Below are positions 13,749-26,849 of a stretch of 64,000 bases of DNA, in pieces. The stretch spans positions 5,022,001-5,086,000 of the forward strand of contig CM102284.1 in assembly GCA_046563655.1 (NCBI GenBank), written 5' to 3'. The position numbers were made by a program, and so were the translations under genes. The number at the start of each line of letters is the position of its first letter. The first letter of the stretch is position 1. This stretch comes from Yuukianura sp. NJ FZ-2021 (taxonomy: Eukaryota). The notes under the pieces were generated by a model. It was given only the letters and a program-made list of their open reading frames with translations. It was not told the origin of the DNA and searched no databases.

Positions 13749-15163
13749 GTCTCCTCAACACATTTCGCTTTTGAAGTTTTTGAAAATTCAGGCAGCTTTG
13801 TTCTTTACTGTTTCAATTTTGAAAATTTAGAGTAACAGAGCCTGAAGCGGAAAGATCTTTTCAAGAAAACGAAGACCTGATTGAAAACCTCATTCACCAA
13901 CTTGGGAACCAATCATTCCTCATCACCTGAAATTAGACCACACTAAACACATTGAAAAGTTGATATAACTTACTAATGAATAATTTACTGATGAAGTAGC
14001 TAATGATGAGCTGCACGGTTAATTTTGAAAGAAATTGCTTGGTGGTTTTTAGTTTCATTAACATTTAAGAGTACTTAAGTGTTTAGGGTTTAAAAGAGAT
14101 TGACTTGTTAAGTGTGTTTGGAGGAGCGTTGTCACTTGTAATCCGGGTAGATGGATATGAAAGATGAAAGGAACAAAGAAATCCCAGTGCTTATGATGTT
14201 GAATTTAATTTGATTCGAGGTGACTAAGATGAGTTTATGCTTAAGGTTTGGCCTAGAGAGAAAGCTTGAGTTATGGATTGCAAAAGTTTAGAGATGATGG
14301 CAAAAAGCTTAGGCTTTCTCTTATCTCACGGAACAGATAAGCACCGGAGAGTTTTCCAGGAGAAAGTTCTCGGTTAGGTTGTGCACTCATGGTAAGCAAT
14401 ATTTTAGGTCAACTACAATTTGACCTAAACGTGAAGAGGGTAAACCATGAAGTCTAAAAACATGATTTCAGTCGTTGGTTAGGTTAAGCAACCTAATTAA
14501 CCTAACATTCATCCCACCATAGCGTACTTGAATTGCTCATCATTACATAACCTAATCATTTCATCTTATACTGTATTTGTGTTTGTCTTTTGCGAATTGG
14601 TTACAAAAAAATAACATTTCTTAGGGTGCAGGATTGAAAAATAAAACATTGGAGATGAGGGTTTCTTGAATTTCTAGTGATTTCTGTTGAACTTTTTGCG
14701 TTTTGAGCGTTTTGCATGTATATCCAGTGGTTGAGGATACTAAATGCTACGTTTTAGTTGTAAGTTTTCTGGCGTCCTCTCGGATCTCACTGGCAGTTTC
14801 CTGGTCTCCGCTGATCTGGAACCTGTAGAAACCTCAAGAGCGGAGCTGGAGCTGGAGCTCAAGCAGTAGAAGTAAAAGGCACGGAATTTTATAAACTCCA
14901 GAATTTTCTCCAGCGTTTTCTTTTATCGCAAGCGCTTTTGCCCTCTTACAAAGTTTTTCTTCCTGGGCACTATACCACCAACCACAGTTCGTCCTGCGGC
15001 ATTGAAGGATCAATGACTACCGTTTTGTACTCCTGTCAGCCTCCATTAACGTCTCCTCATCATCTGAAAGTGGACAATAGTAGTAGGACGCCTACGCAGC
15101 TCAAGTGATCACCTTGCCCTATTTGTATCTTCTACTGTTCAAACCATTCACAAAATCCAGTTG

Positions 15164-16647
15164 ATGACAAAAATGGAACTCGTGATAGAAAAAATTGAAA
15201 TTTATAGACTATTGAAACCATCGTGTCGAGATTCAATCTCAAGAGAAAGTTCTTCATCAAACAAAAGTTCATCGAAAGTTCTCCAGCAACATCATCGCTT
15301 CTCCGGTTTCCATTTCCAGCGTTCTCTTCTTCTATTCCTATCATGGATTCTATTTGCAAAAGTATTTGAAGGACAGAGTCATCCAATTCCTCTCGCTTCG
15401 TCGCTTCCTCCTGTTGGCATCAAAGGTGAAAGTGAAAAGTTTACTTTAGTAAACTTCCAATCTAAATCAGAGCAGACGGTAGCTACAGTTACGGGGACCT
15501 CAAATGCTGAAGCCAAAGCTGTAGAAGTGACGGTGAGTTTAGAAGAGAATGAGCGCAGAGCTATGAATAATTCAAGCCCTTTCTCTACCATTTCCGGCGA
15601 AACGGAAAGATTTGATGGTGAAAGTCGTCTAAGCAGAAGGCAGGCTGCCTCCTACGGTAGTCACGGTGGAAATTACGTAGGATCTTCCAACAGGAAAAGC
15701 AGGGACATCCGAATGCCTAGGAAAACGAATGGGGGCAGGCGGAGGCGTGGGTTCTTTGACAAAGGACAGGAGAAACAGCGCCTCGAGGAAGAATATGACA
15801 GATCATTTCGGTAAAGCACCTCTACGTCCTACCTAACCTAACTCTTCAGCCTAACTAACCTAATCTTATAGTCTGAAAACCTACAAAGTATAAATCTAAC
15901 TTAGCCTGACGCTTTAATAATTGAGGATTAATTGCTCAAAGCTTTCTCTTGTAAGCCTGAAGTCCCATTATAGTACCAAAGGATTCGACTTATTTACGAG
16001 GTGAAAGTTAACTTTTTTAATTAATGCTTCTTTAATTGAAATTATAGCCTATTTTGGTTCCTGGGCGGAGTTGCCATTGTCTTCTTTATCCTCATCTTCA
16101 TTTTGACGCTGCTTTGTTTCTGTTGTCCGAATTTGTGTAAGGACAAAAAAGGACGGAAGCCTTCCACCTCTGCGTCCATTCCTAGGATTTCCATTCCCAC
16201 GGTCGATGGACTGGACATGGACGGAGTGGGCCTTGCTTACCAGCGTCAGTTTTACTTTTTCAAAATCCAAAATTCGAAATTTTACTTTTTCAACATTTTG
16301 AATCCAATGACGCTTTTTTGAATTTTGGACAGCATCTCCTAGTCGTCTGGACGTTGAAATGCGCATGAGGTCACCATCAGTAATTTCTGCCAGTGGACAT
16401 GCTTACATACCCCATCATCGCCTGAGCCAAGAACAGGTCAATGCCATTCAACTCCAGAGCCAAGTTCGTCGAAATTCGGCTCTCCCGTCAACTTCACAAG
16501 GTCATTGACCCTGATTGCAAATGACCTCAACAGGTCAAAGGTCATTTCCGATCTAATGCACTTTGTTACCTTGCAGGTTTACTCCCTGCCAGTGGCGGAT
16601 TGATGGACGTTAACGTAATTCAAGAGTATCGACCTGACGTATCGTGA
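15164..16647 (+). CDS. Shisa-like single-pass membrane protein; exons 15164-15810, 16048-16244, 16333-16500, 16577-16647
   Basis: Signal-like segment LLLFLSWILFAKVFEG; TM LFWFLGGVAIVFFILIFILTLL followed by CFCCPNLC and a basic patch; all junctions in frame. Confidence 0.7.
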
Positions 16648-18106
16648 ACACACGGAAGGTCAAAGGTCATCTACTGTTGTTTTTCCAGAATCAAAGTTAG
16701 CTGGAAGCTGGCACCTCCTCTACTCATGATTCATCATTACTCAGAAACATATCAGAAGCTTCTTTATAAACTTTTTGAAAGTAGAAATTGGGCCCTGGCT
16801 CTGGAACTTCCTCTTTCTAAAACATTTCCATTTCACGGTTAGGTTAGGCGCCTATCCTAACATTTTGGGCGTCTAACCTAACCTTTTAAACCTAACATTT
16901 TCTCCTGTCACTTTCTCTTTCATTCAACAAAGTTTCTGTTGCTGGTTGAACAGAACTCAAACACAGTTGTACATGTTCTACTAACTACAAAACTTTTTGC
17001 TCAATTTACTTCCTTGTCAATGCACCACCCCTGTGATCCTTCCACAAAATCTACACAAAGTGAGACCAATTTTTAATTTTTTACAAACTAGATTTTTAGA
17101 AAAACCTAAACTTTGCACAATCCTGTAACCTGAATCTACCTGTCAAAGCATGACAATGGTTTTTCCTAGAAAGACGAGCTTAAATTCATAGTCCATTGAA
17201 TCCTACTGAAATACTACAACGAAGTGATCTCCTTTGTTGAAATCTAAAATTGACAACCAAATTTTGAAAAAAAGAAGAACGTAGTGATTCGATATTATTT
17301 GCTCATTGGTTTAAAATTTAGCGTTAAAATATAAATAGAAGTACTAAATAATTTACTGAATAATACTCAAAGCACGTTTAGAAGTATTCACGGACTTGTA
17401 ATTTTAAAACTTGTGTAATAAAATATCAAGATTGCAATACCTTTCCACAGGAATACTTATTTCAAAATTTTGAATTCTAAATTTATTTTTTTAGTTTCTC
17501 TGTAAAGCAATTGCAGTTAAGATTTAGTTTGCAACATTTTCGAATCGATCGTCTGCGTTATTTGAGTGCGAAATGGAAGCGTTGTTCGCTCTAATAATTA
17601 TGAAATCGATTCACATTCACAACATGTCTGAATTCACATTAAATATTTTTGTATTGTATAAATGTGACAATTGACAAAAGAAAATAGTCGATTTTACCTT
17701 AGCGTAGGCGTCTGTATTTGACAAGACACAAAAGCTCCCACATCCTAGGGATTAATCATGCTCATTTTGCGTATGCAAATCTATTGTTTATACAGTATGT
17801 AAGTTGCCATTTTACCCGGGTACACCCTGTCATTTCCAAATGTTTCATGCATTACAATTTTTCCAAATTATTTCGGAACAATGATTTGCGAACGCTACGG
17901 GAGTTCAGTAAATTGATTTTGATACAAACTGGGTTTTAAAATGGGATTTCGTGAAAGTATAAAAACCAGCAAAGTCCGCTGAATCTGTCTTCACTTTTCA
18001 CTGCGATTTTGATTTGATCCATTCTTTATCTAAATAGTCTCGGCTAGAAATTCGTTCTAGAAAGTGTTTTCAAAAGTTTGAGATTTCTGAAAATTCTTTG
18101 AAAAAA

Positions 18107-18507
18107 ATGGCAGATCATTTCATTTTTTCCAAAATCTTTTTTGTGCTGATCGCCTCGCTTGTCTTGGTCAGCACTCGTACAATAGGGGCTGATTTTTCGC
18201 ACGGTTTGCAAGAATTTGGCAGCGGTGAAAATCCAGCAGACGAGGTAAAAAAAGTACAATTGGAAAATTGAGATAAATTGAAATTATTTTTGAAATTTGA
18301 TATTTTATAAAAATTGAATTGCCAATTGTATAGACTCTGCCGGACTTTTTGGAATTGATGCGTCATATTTCACGTCCTGAAACTTTCAGTCCTTTCAATT
18401 TCTTTTATCCGCCTGGTGGTGGTCGTATTCCTGCCAAAAGAAATTCTGAATTGATCAACAGTCTTCTCGGCTTACCAAAAAGTATGAACGATGCTGGGAA
18501 AAAGTAG
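18107..18507 (+). CDS. Pdf: Pigment-dispersing factor/hormone precursor; exons 18107-18244, 18334-18507
   Basis: Signal peptide MADHFIFSKIFFVLIASLVLVST, precursor-related peptide, KR site, mature NSELINSLLGLPKSMNDA (18442-18495), amidation/cleavage signal GKK then stop. Confidence 0.96.
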
Positions 18508-19259
18508 GACGAAAAACTGCGACGAATTTCAACAAGAAAAAAATTCGACTCCTCTTGTGTTCCTCTTACGACAAACATTTAAAAAATTTTTGATTCAAAA
18601 TCCGAACCTGTAAAAATTACAAAATCAAAATCAAAATAAAACCAAAATTGTAATTCTCAACGAAAATTTTCAAATTGTTATTCCCGAGTCTAAAATTTAC
18701 AAAATTGCCAACAATAAAAAAAAAAGCTTGACCTACCGCATAAGGTTTGTAAGTGTTATAATCGTGAAAGGGAATAGATTTTATTAGCTGTGTGAAAAAT
18801 ATGACTGTTATTGCACATAAAATGAGAATATCCACAAAGGAGAATTCGCATTCGCATTTCGAGTGTTTTTTCCCACGAAATTCTGTTTATAAACTTTTTG
18901 CAATCTTCTCAGCTTTTGGTTTTCATTTGTCCTTCAAATTGTAAACAACTTGTGCGAATGATGATAGGTCACGTAGATTCTAAACTAGGAAATTGCTGTA
19001 GTCAAGTACTTCAAAGTTAGATTAAAATTGTGAACATTTGTAGAAAACTTTTTACAACGACAAAGCCCCATTGTCACTCTAAACTTTTGGAATGGTCATT
19101 TCGTCCAGACATTTATTAGGTGATATCATTTTTGAAATAGAAGAACCATATTGTTTTAGTTGATTTTGGAACTGGACCACCTCACATTTCAGATTCAGAA
19201 CTGATTTGTCATCACACAAAACTACACCAACTGCTTAGCCTGCCTTCAATTGATGCACG

Positions 19260-20987
19260 ATGGCTGTAAGTTCATATTTTGCTCTTGGGTAGATGCCACT
19301 TGACCTCTGACCTTTACCTGACATAATGTCTAAACTGTACTAGGCATTACAAAATACGAAAATTTATCATTTTTATTGTTATATTTAGACAATCAAACCA
19401 TGGTCTTCGTTTAACGCCTCCAACGATGCAAACGACTTGCAAAAGGCAATGAAGGGAATGGGGACTGATGGTAAGTACTCCCAAAATTTTATTTTGTGAT
19501 GTAAAATGTTCTGTAAAACATATTTTCTATGCTTGTGTGTTTTAAATTGTCGTTTTTGATTTAAAGAGGATACCGTTATCAAAATTTTGACAAAGAGGAC
19601 ACTGAAGGAACGTCTTGAAATACAGAAAGTCTACGCACAGCAATTTGGCAGGGTGAATTAATTTTTGTCACTTTATCATACGTTATCATTAGTTTTTGCA
19701 AAATGTGATTTTGAAAAATGAAATTTTGAAAATGTGTAGGAATTGCTAGCTGATTTGAAGTCCGAACTGGGTGGAAAATTTGAGAAATTGATTTTGTCTC
19801 TGCTGGACACAATTCCAGACTTGCTGGCCAGGGAGCTCAATAAAGCCATTGTGGGATTTGGTACTGACGATTCTGAACTGAAATGGGTATACGCTTTACT
19901 GACATAGTTTTTACATAAAGTTTGAACTTTGGCCTCAAAACTCATTTTGACCTTTGACCTTCGAAGATCATTTGTACCTTGTCTCCCACGGAGATTCCGC
20001 TAGTGAAAGCATCCTATGAAAAACTGTTCGGCGTTTCCCTGGAGTCAGCTGTTGCTGGAGACACTTCTGGAGACTACAAAGATTTCCTACTTGCTCTTCT
20101 CACCGTAAAATTCAACAAGTGGAGAATTTTCGAAAAAAAATTGCATTTTTTTTAAAACATGTTTTTACAAATTAGGTTCCGAGGAAGACTAGCGTTGATC
20201 ATCAAGCGGCAGTTGAAGCTGCAAAGGCTTTGTACAACGCTGGAGAAAACAGACTCGGAACAGACGAAAGTGCCTTCATTCGGATTCTCTCGGAAAATTC
20301 TTTCAAACAACTCAAAATTACTTTTGATGAGTACGAAAAAATTTCTGGAAAAATATTTCTTCAAGCCGGTAAACTTTTGTACTAAAGAAAAAGTTTTGAG
20401 TTTTGAAATTCAAAATTTCGAAGATTTTTTACAAGTGATTTTTTTTTGTAAACAGTTGATGATGAAATGAGCAGCAGTTTGAAGAAAGCAGTCAAAACAT
20501 TTGGTAAAGTTTAGCACCTCGTATTAAATTAAATTCTCATGAAATGTCTAATATTTTGAAAAGTTTTTCAGTTTTGACAATTGTGATTTTTGAAAACTTT
20601 TTTGAAAAATATTGGATTTTCATAATTTTAATTCAATTGCAGTCAAGTCAGTAACAAACTTGCCAAAAGTATTTGCGGAGCAAATGCGGTCGGCAATGCA
20701 CGGTGCTGGTACGAACGGTGAGTTTAGAGTAACATGCTACTCGTATTGATATAAAGACTATAAATTCAGCAAGAGTGATTTATTATAATATAAAAATTTT
20801 GATCCTATTCACAGATTCGGCTCTGATTCGCATAATTGTGTGGCGATCGGAATTGGATTTGGATTTGATTAAATCCGAGTATTCCGAACACTATGGAGAA
20901 GGACTAGCCACTTCAATTCGCGAAGAGACTTCTGGCGACTATGAATCGGCTTTAATTTCCATGATTGAAGGCAACCACAACCACTAG
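19260..20987 (+). CDS. Annexin (four annexin repeats, minimal N-terminus; 9 coding exons)
   Basis: Repeat signatures KAMKGMGTDE, KSELGGKFE, IVGFGTDD, GDTSGDY, AGENRLGTDE, AMHGAGTND, IVWRSELDL and EETSGDY, joined across GT-AG introns. Confidence 0.93.
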
Positions 20988-22374
20988 CCACCGCTGCTGC
21001 CAAAGTTTCGCAATTTACAATTTATCCTAAAATTCCAAAATTTGAATTGCTAAATATTTTGCAATTCCAAGCAAAGTTGCTAAGCCTTACATACAAGTAG
21101 AAGCGAATAGCGCCCCATTTTGGAGCAACTGTCAATCAAACCCTGCTTTTTTTGTAATATTTAATTCTTCTTCTTTCCATTTTTCTTACTATTTCAACAA
21201 TAAAAGTTAAAACCAAAAAAAAATTTGGATCAGATTTTTGTTTTAAAATTTCACATCCACGACAAAATTTTCTTTCCAATTCTCAATCCAAAACTCCAAA
21301 AATTAAAGTTTTGCTGAATTCTGCAGCTTCAGCAGCGATACTTTTGTGTTAAAATTTTGTTGTGTTTCATCAGCCTTGGGCTACAAGTCCTTCAAGGGCT
21401 CATTTCCTCCTTCGAAACACAGATTTTGAATCTCTGGGAGCCTTGGTCTTTCGAACTTGAAAAAATTTGGAACGAGAGTAGATGCAGAGAGCTATGAATA
21501 TAGTATACCACCCCAAACATACTCAGCAAGAGATTTGTTTGTGTGGGTAGATATTTAGGAATGAAGCTGAAAGTACTTCTTGTGGACATATGAAACGAAA
21601 TGGGACTTGGAAGATCTCACTCCGTTTCTTTGTCACCTTTAATTGAATTTTTGGTCAATAGCTATTGAATAACACAAGTCAATCGATTGACGTCAGGCGG
21701 AGGATTCACCTCGTCGCATTGCTTCAGTTGAACTGTCGTAACACAAACACAAAGACAAAAGGATTTAAGTGAGTCTGTTAGAATTTCCAAATGAATTAAG
21801 TACTTTCCCAACACAGGGAATTACTACTCTGAGTTACTCATTAACTTTCACTTACTTTGATTAAATAGGCTAAACAACATCCGTGATTAGCTTTCCAATG
21901 TCATCTCTATTGCTCGGCGGGATACCTTCGCTGGAATTCTGGACGAAGCTCTAAGGTCAAACTGATTCCAGTTTGCAACGACTTCTCATTAAGATCTAAA
22001 TCGAAAACTGTAAGTTCAAGTAATGCCCACACAAAGTTAAATTTTCATCAAAAATTTTTGGAAGTTGATCTGTTTTTGAAATTTTGTGAAATTATTTGAT
22101 AGAATTACGCTTGAACTAGGATTTCCACTGAAAAAAATGGCTGTTCAAAAGATTTTGGCTAAAGACAACAGCAATACTTAGCGTACAGGTCAAAGGTCAA
22201 CTTCTGAAACACTTTCATTTGCATAATACTTTTAACTTTCTCTTAGAAGATTATGCTGGATCCTGTGCATAGATCTTCCTAACATCTACTGATCTGTCTT
22301 TGTTTTTGGTTGTGCTTTTGACTTTATAATCACAAAATTTTTGAATTGATTTCATTTTTTTCAGAATTTCGAAA

Positions 22375-23562
22375 ATGTGCAGCACGAATATTCTTAAGCG
22401 CAGACTGACTAAACCAAAGGCTGAGAACCACTGCCCGTCACTTCCTGTACTACTGATTACACTTTGTATTTGGACAACTACTGTTTCTCCAGTTCCAATT
22501 ACAAATACAAATTACTTCAGCATTGACCGACTGAGGTCATTGAGCGAGGTCACGCATCCGCAACCGCCGTACCCTGACTGGTCACCAGTCTGGCAAACTA
22601 CTAAACCAACGTTACGATTCCAGCCAAGGGACATAGTGATTAACAGAGACAAATTATTTAAATCTGCTATTAACACCAGGAAAGACGATCTTGCAGGATG
22701 GAACTGGGATAAGGATCACAGACTGGGCACGGATAATGTGGACATGACTACTTCGTAAGAATTTGCCAAAAATTAAAAAAAGTCTAAATTTTTAAAAACT
22801 TAATATTATTGGATTATCCAGTTTGGCTTGTTTCAACAGAGTTGTGGAAGTCCTTGTGTACATTGTCATTGTACTGGTGATCCTCAGCTTTGTGTCTTTC
22901 GTCGTCTGTATCTGCTGTCCCATTTGCGTATTTGCCAAAATTGGACAAAGGAGACGCGGTCTCCGGTATGTTTATACAAGACGTAAGTCCAAATTGTTTA
23001 TTTGCAGAATTGAAAAATACCAGATTTTTGCCAATTTTCAGTACTCTCAGTTGGAATTTGTTTTACATGTTTTCTTTATTTAGACCGCGGTGTCTCCATT
23101 GCTGGAGCTCCTTCTCCGCCTAATATAAATCCAGCAGCACCCGTACTATCTGCAGCAGCAGCATCTCAAGTAATTGCAGTTCCCAATCCTAGGTCAAATG
23201 CGCCTTACCCAGTTCAGGAAACGGCTACCGTAATTCCAGTGGTTTCGCCGCAGGGAGTACCGAACAATGCAATTAACTGTTCAGAAGTTCGAAATTTTGG
23301 AACTAAGCCACCGCCGTATCTTCCAGGTGACAACTGCATCACTCCAATCAGTGCCAATGGTAAGCTTTTGCAACTTCAAAAATTGCAAATTCCCCAATTT
23401 GCAAAAATGATTTTTTACAAATATCTAGAACTACCACCGCCGTATCCAGGACTTCCGACGTCCCTTGAACCAAATATGCAACAACAACCATACAATCCAT
23501 ACTTCCCGGAACAAAATGGTCCACCGCCACAATCGCCAACTCAACAATACAACAATAAGTGA
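22375..23562 (+). CDS. Shisa-like TM-Cys-PPxY protein A; exons 22375-22754, about 22822-22982, 23084-23359, 23429-23562
   Basis: Signal-like segment, TM VLVYIVIVLVILSFVSFVV, then CICCPIC, RRR, and a Pro-rich tail with PPPYL, PPPYP and QPYNPY. Confidence 0.8.
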
Positions 23563-24131
23563 CAAATATATATATAAATAAAGTATAATGTTAATTTTGG
23601 AAAAAAGTATTCAAAACTATTGAAAATTTTGAAATTTAAAACAAATTATCTCGAGTTATGTATTTGCCACATAACCCAACCTCTCATGATACTTATATGC
23701 CTCGACGGTGTACGTCAAACATAAGAAACTCGTGTAAATTATTTCAGTTTTGTAGCGTGTTTTAATTTATCAAGGTCAAAATTTGCGTTTTAACTTTGTA
23801 AAAATAAACGGAAAGGTCAAATTGAGTAGAAGTGAAAAAATATCAATAGTTTTTGAGAAAATCGAAAAAGTTCTCTATCTCTTTTAAAATGGACATGAAA
23901 ATTTCTAAACACGGACATGCAAAGTTTGTCTAAAATGTCTTCCAAGGTTGAGTCACACGCGAACTACACACGCCAGTATTCTAAAAACTTTTCAGAAATT
24001 TGTTTTATTAGAAAAAAAAGCTTTCTATTTTCTCCTTGCCAGACGCCTGGAAGTTGTGGTTTCTCTTCCTCTGAAACCTTTTTCTACATTGAATTTTCAA
24101 AAGTAATCCAGTTTCCATTTTCCTGGAGGCG

Positions 24132-25075
24132 ATGACGGCAGGACTATTTGGACGTACGACAGCATTTATTTTTGCAATATCGCTGGAATGCGTGATCGCC
24201 GGAGACGATATTTACAATGCTGTTGGACTTTCACCAAAAACGGCGGAACAATTTAATGCCAATTCTGGCTCATTCAAAGATTTTGGAGAAACGCATGACA
24301 AGTTCTCCAATGATTTTCAAGAAACGCATGACAAGTTCTCCAAAAATTTTGAAGAAACGCAAGACAAGTAAACAATTGCAAAAAATGTTTGAACGAAACA
24401 ACTTATTGAATTGACTACTACTTTAAATATCTTATTGAAATTTTAGGGTATTCTGGATTATTGGTGGGATCGCGGTTTTTATAGGCTGTAGTTGCTGCAT
24501 TGGCATACTTTGTTGCCTCTTCGTTCCTGCTTGTTTCTGGGCAAAGTCAAGATCTCGAAGACGCCAACAGCAAGGTCAAGTCCCAGGACGTAAGTTTTCA
24601 AATTAAATATAACTTTTGAATTAACTTATAATAATTCTACCCATAATTTAACTTATCGTCAGAACCTGGAACATATGGGAGCGTGACAAATGGGCAACTG
24701 GGTAACCCCATGAACAGTTACAACACAGCGCCACAAGGAAGTTACCCGGGTCAAAATCAGCAACCGGGAAACGCATCAACTGCTGCACCTAGCAACCCTT
24801 ACTACACAACCACCAGCAATCAGCAATTGAATAGTTTTGGAGGGCAGCAACCATTGGCTGCCGGTAACCTCATGCCGAAACAGCCACCATCTCTGTATCC
24901 CTCAGCAGCAAGCGTCGGCAACGCAACGATTAACGTCAGTCCTGAGGGAAATGGACAACCACCGTTTAATCCTTACGTTAGTCCCAACGGAGCAAACGCA
25001 CCACCGCCTGCATCGACATCAGCATACCCAAATGCTGGATACCCCGACAAACCACCGCCTTACCCAGCAATGTAA
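24132..25075 (+). CDS. Shisa-like TM-Cys-PPxY protein B (3 exons)
   Basis: Signal peptide; 11-aa tandem ectodomain repeat; TM VFWIIGGIAVFIGCSCCIGILCCLFVPACFW; RSRRR; P/Q/Y tail with PPFNPY and C-terminal KPPPYPAM. Confidence 0.82.
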
Positions 25076-25555
25076 GATACTATTGTGTTGCCATCAATTG
25101 CTGTAAATATACACAACATTTTTAGGGGTAAACGCACCATTGCTGTCAAAAACTTATTAGTTGTAGTGTTTGGAATAAATAAACTTTATTTATTTCGGCC
25201 TGTACGATTTCCCGGCGTCGGTGTCACTTTAACCTTTGACATTTGAAGAAAGTAGGTGAAAGGTGGAAGCTTATGTGAGATGCAGATGCGCTGCGCGCCT
25301 TTCCGGAAGAACATAAAAGACTTTCCTGGATGAAATCTTGGCATGGAAAACTTGTTTTACGCCGTAACTTTCTTCAAAGAGAAAGCCAGACGAGGAAAAG
25401 CACAGAAATAATCATAGCAGAATCAGATAAGCAAAGGAAATATTATACCAGATTTGACGGAAAGATGACGACGGGTACATCAAAGTTAACCACAAAATCA
25501 AAATTTTGAGACAAAATTGAAACAAAACTGTGAAAAATCTGTCAAAGTTTTCGAA

Positions 25556-26068
25556 ATGGTGCAAGTAGCGTCCCTTGGCGGCGGAAAGAATTCACAACTG
25601 ACACCAGGTCAAGCAGATGCCATTAATCACATTAACTACGAACTGGATCTTAGTTTTGAGTAAAAAATTAAATCAAATTAATCAAGTACTTAGTTAATTG
25701 GTATTTCTACTAACATTAATTTTGGATTTAATCAACAGAGTCCTTGTGATTTGCTTCATTGGACTCCTTCTGATCATCGTCACTTGTGTCGGAGTTTTTG
25801 TTTGTCGATGCTGTCCAACATGGTTACCTGAGAATGTCCGCAACTTTCGCTCATTCATTTACAAGAGTAAGGCCAATGTCATACTTTAGCGGGTCAATTG
25901 ATCCAAAATTTCGAAAATGGAGACTTTATGTTACACTTTGGCATTTTAGGTGAAGGTACCCAGAGAAAGTTCCCGTTGCGTCAACATCACCGAACGTCCG
26001 ACGACGAATTCTTTTTCCGAAGTTCATTTTCACACTACAATGCTGGTCCCGATTCTTCTGTCATTTGA
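25556..26068 (+). CDS. Small TM-Cys protein C; exons 25556-25659, 25739-about 25867, about 25950-26068
   Basis: Reads MVQVASLGGG...SFE|VLVICFIGLLLIIVTCVGVFVCRCCPTW...|EGTQRK...DSSVI*; junctions in frame; no PPxY. Confidence 0.65.
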
Positions 26069-26466
26069 AACACGCTCATGTCATCCGGATGACCTTTGAC
26101 CTCGCCACTCAAGAATCTCTCATGTTACGTTAGGCTCTCAGTAAGGCTTTGTTTAAATTGCAATTGTGTAAACATTGTGTAAACAAACATTTCGTGAGTA
26201 AAATACAAAATTCAACAGAAGCTATGTCCATCGTTGGGTTTGTGGTTTTCTTTTTCTAAAAACGCAGCGGAAGTAACTGATATGCAAAACAATTTCAGCG
26301 AAAACGAAAACCACAGTTTTAGTTACAAGTAAATTCGTATGTACTAATTTTCGGAAACGTTTGAGGAAAAGTCAATAGCTTTGTATTTTTCACTTTGACT
26401 CCTGCAATTCATTGAATTGGCCACCATCAATCTTATAAAGCAATCTACAACAAAAGGAATCAAACT

Positions 26467-26682
26467 ATGAGGGACTTGGATTACGAAGTTACGTTAATTT
26501 CACTAGGTGTGTGTTTAGTAGTTGCCATCTTTTACTACTTCTGTATCCGACCAAGACAACATCAAGCTGGAACTGTCTTTCAAGTGGCGTCATCAGAACC
26601 AGTTGAAGATTCCAACATAATAAGCACTGCTGGTATGCATAGTAGTACTAGTAGCAATAGCAATCCTGTCCAAAAAGTATGA
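26467..26682 (+). CDS. Small TM microprotein D, paralog of the variable exons at 29.1-30.6 kb
   Basis: MRDLDYEVTLISLGVCLVVAIFYYFCIRPRQHQAGTVFQVA shares the YY-C...R...AGTV-QV pattern with exon 29118-29238. Confidence 0.6.
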   Translation: MRDLDYEVTLISLGVCLVVAIFYYFCIRPRQHQAGTVFQVASSEPVEDSNIISTAGMHSSTSSNSNPVQKV

Positions 26683-26849
26683 AATAAAGTAATTTTCTGT
26701 GCAATTTAGCATACTAACCTGTATAAATTTTCAATTCAAGTGACCCATGCCCTTGTACCCACGCCCACCCACTTCTCTTTCCACATCAACATTTTTATTA
26801 TACTTTCATTACTTTTATTACATTTTCATGACTTTTGGTATGCTGTTAA

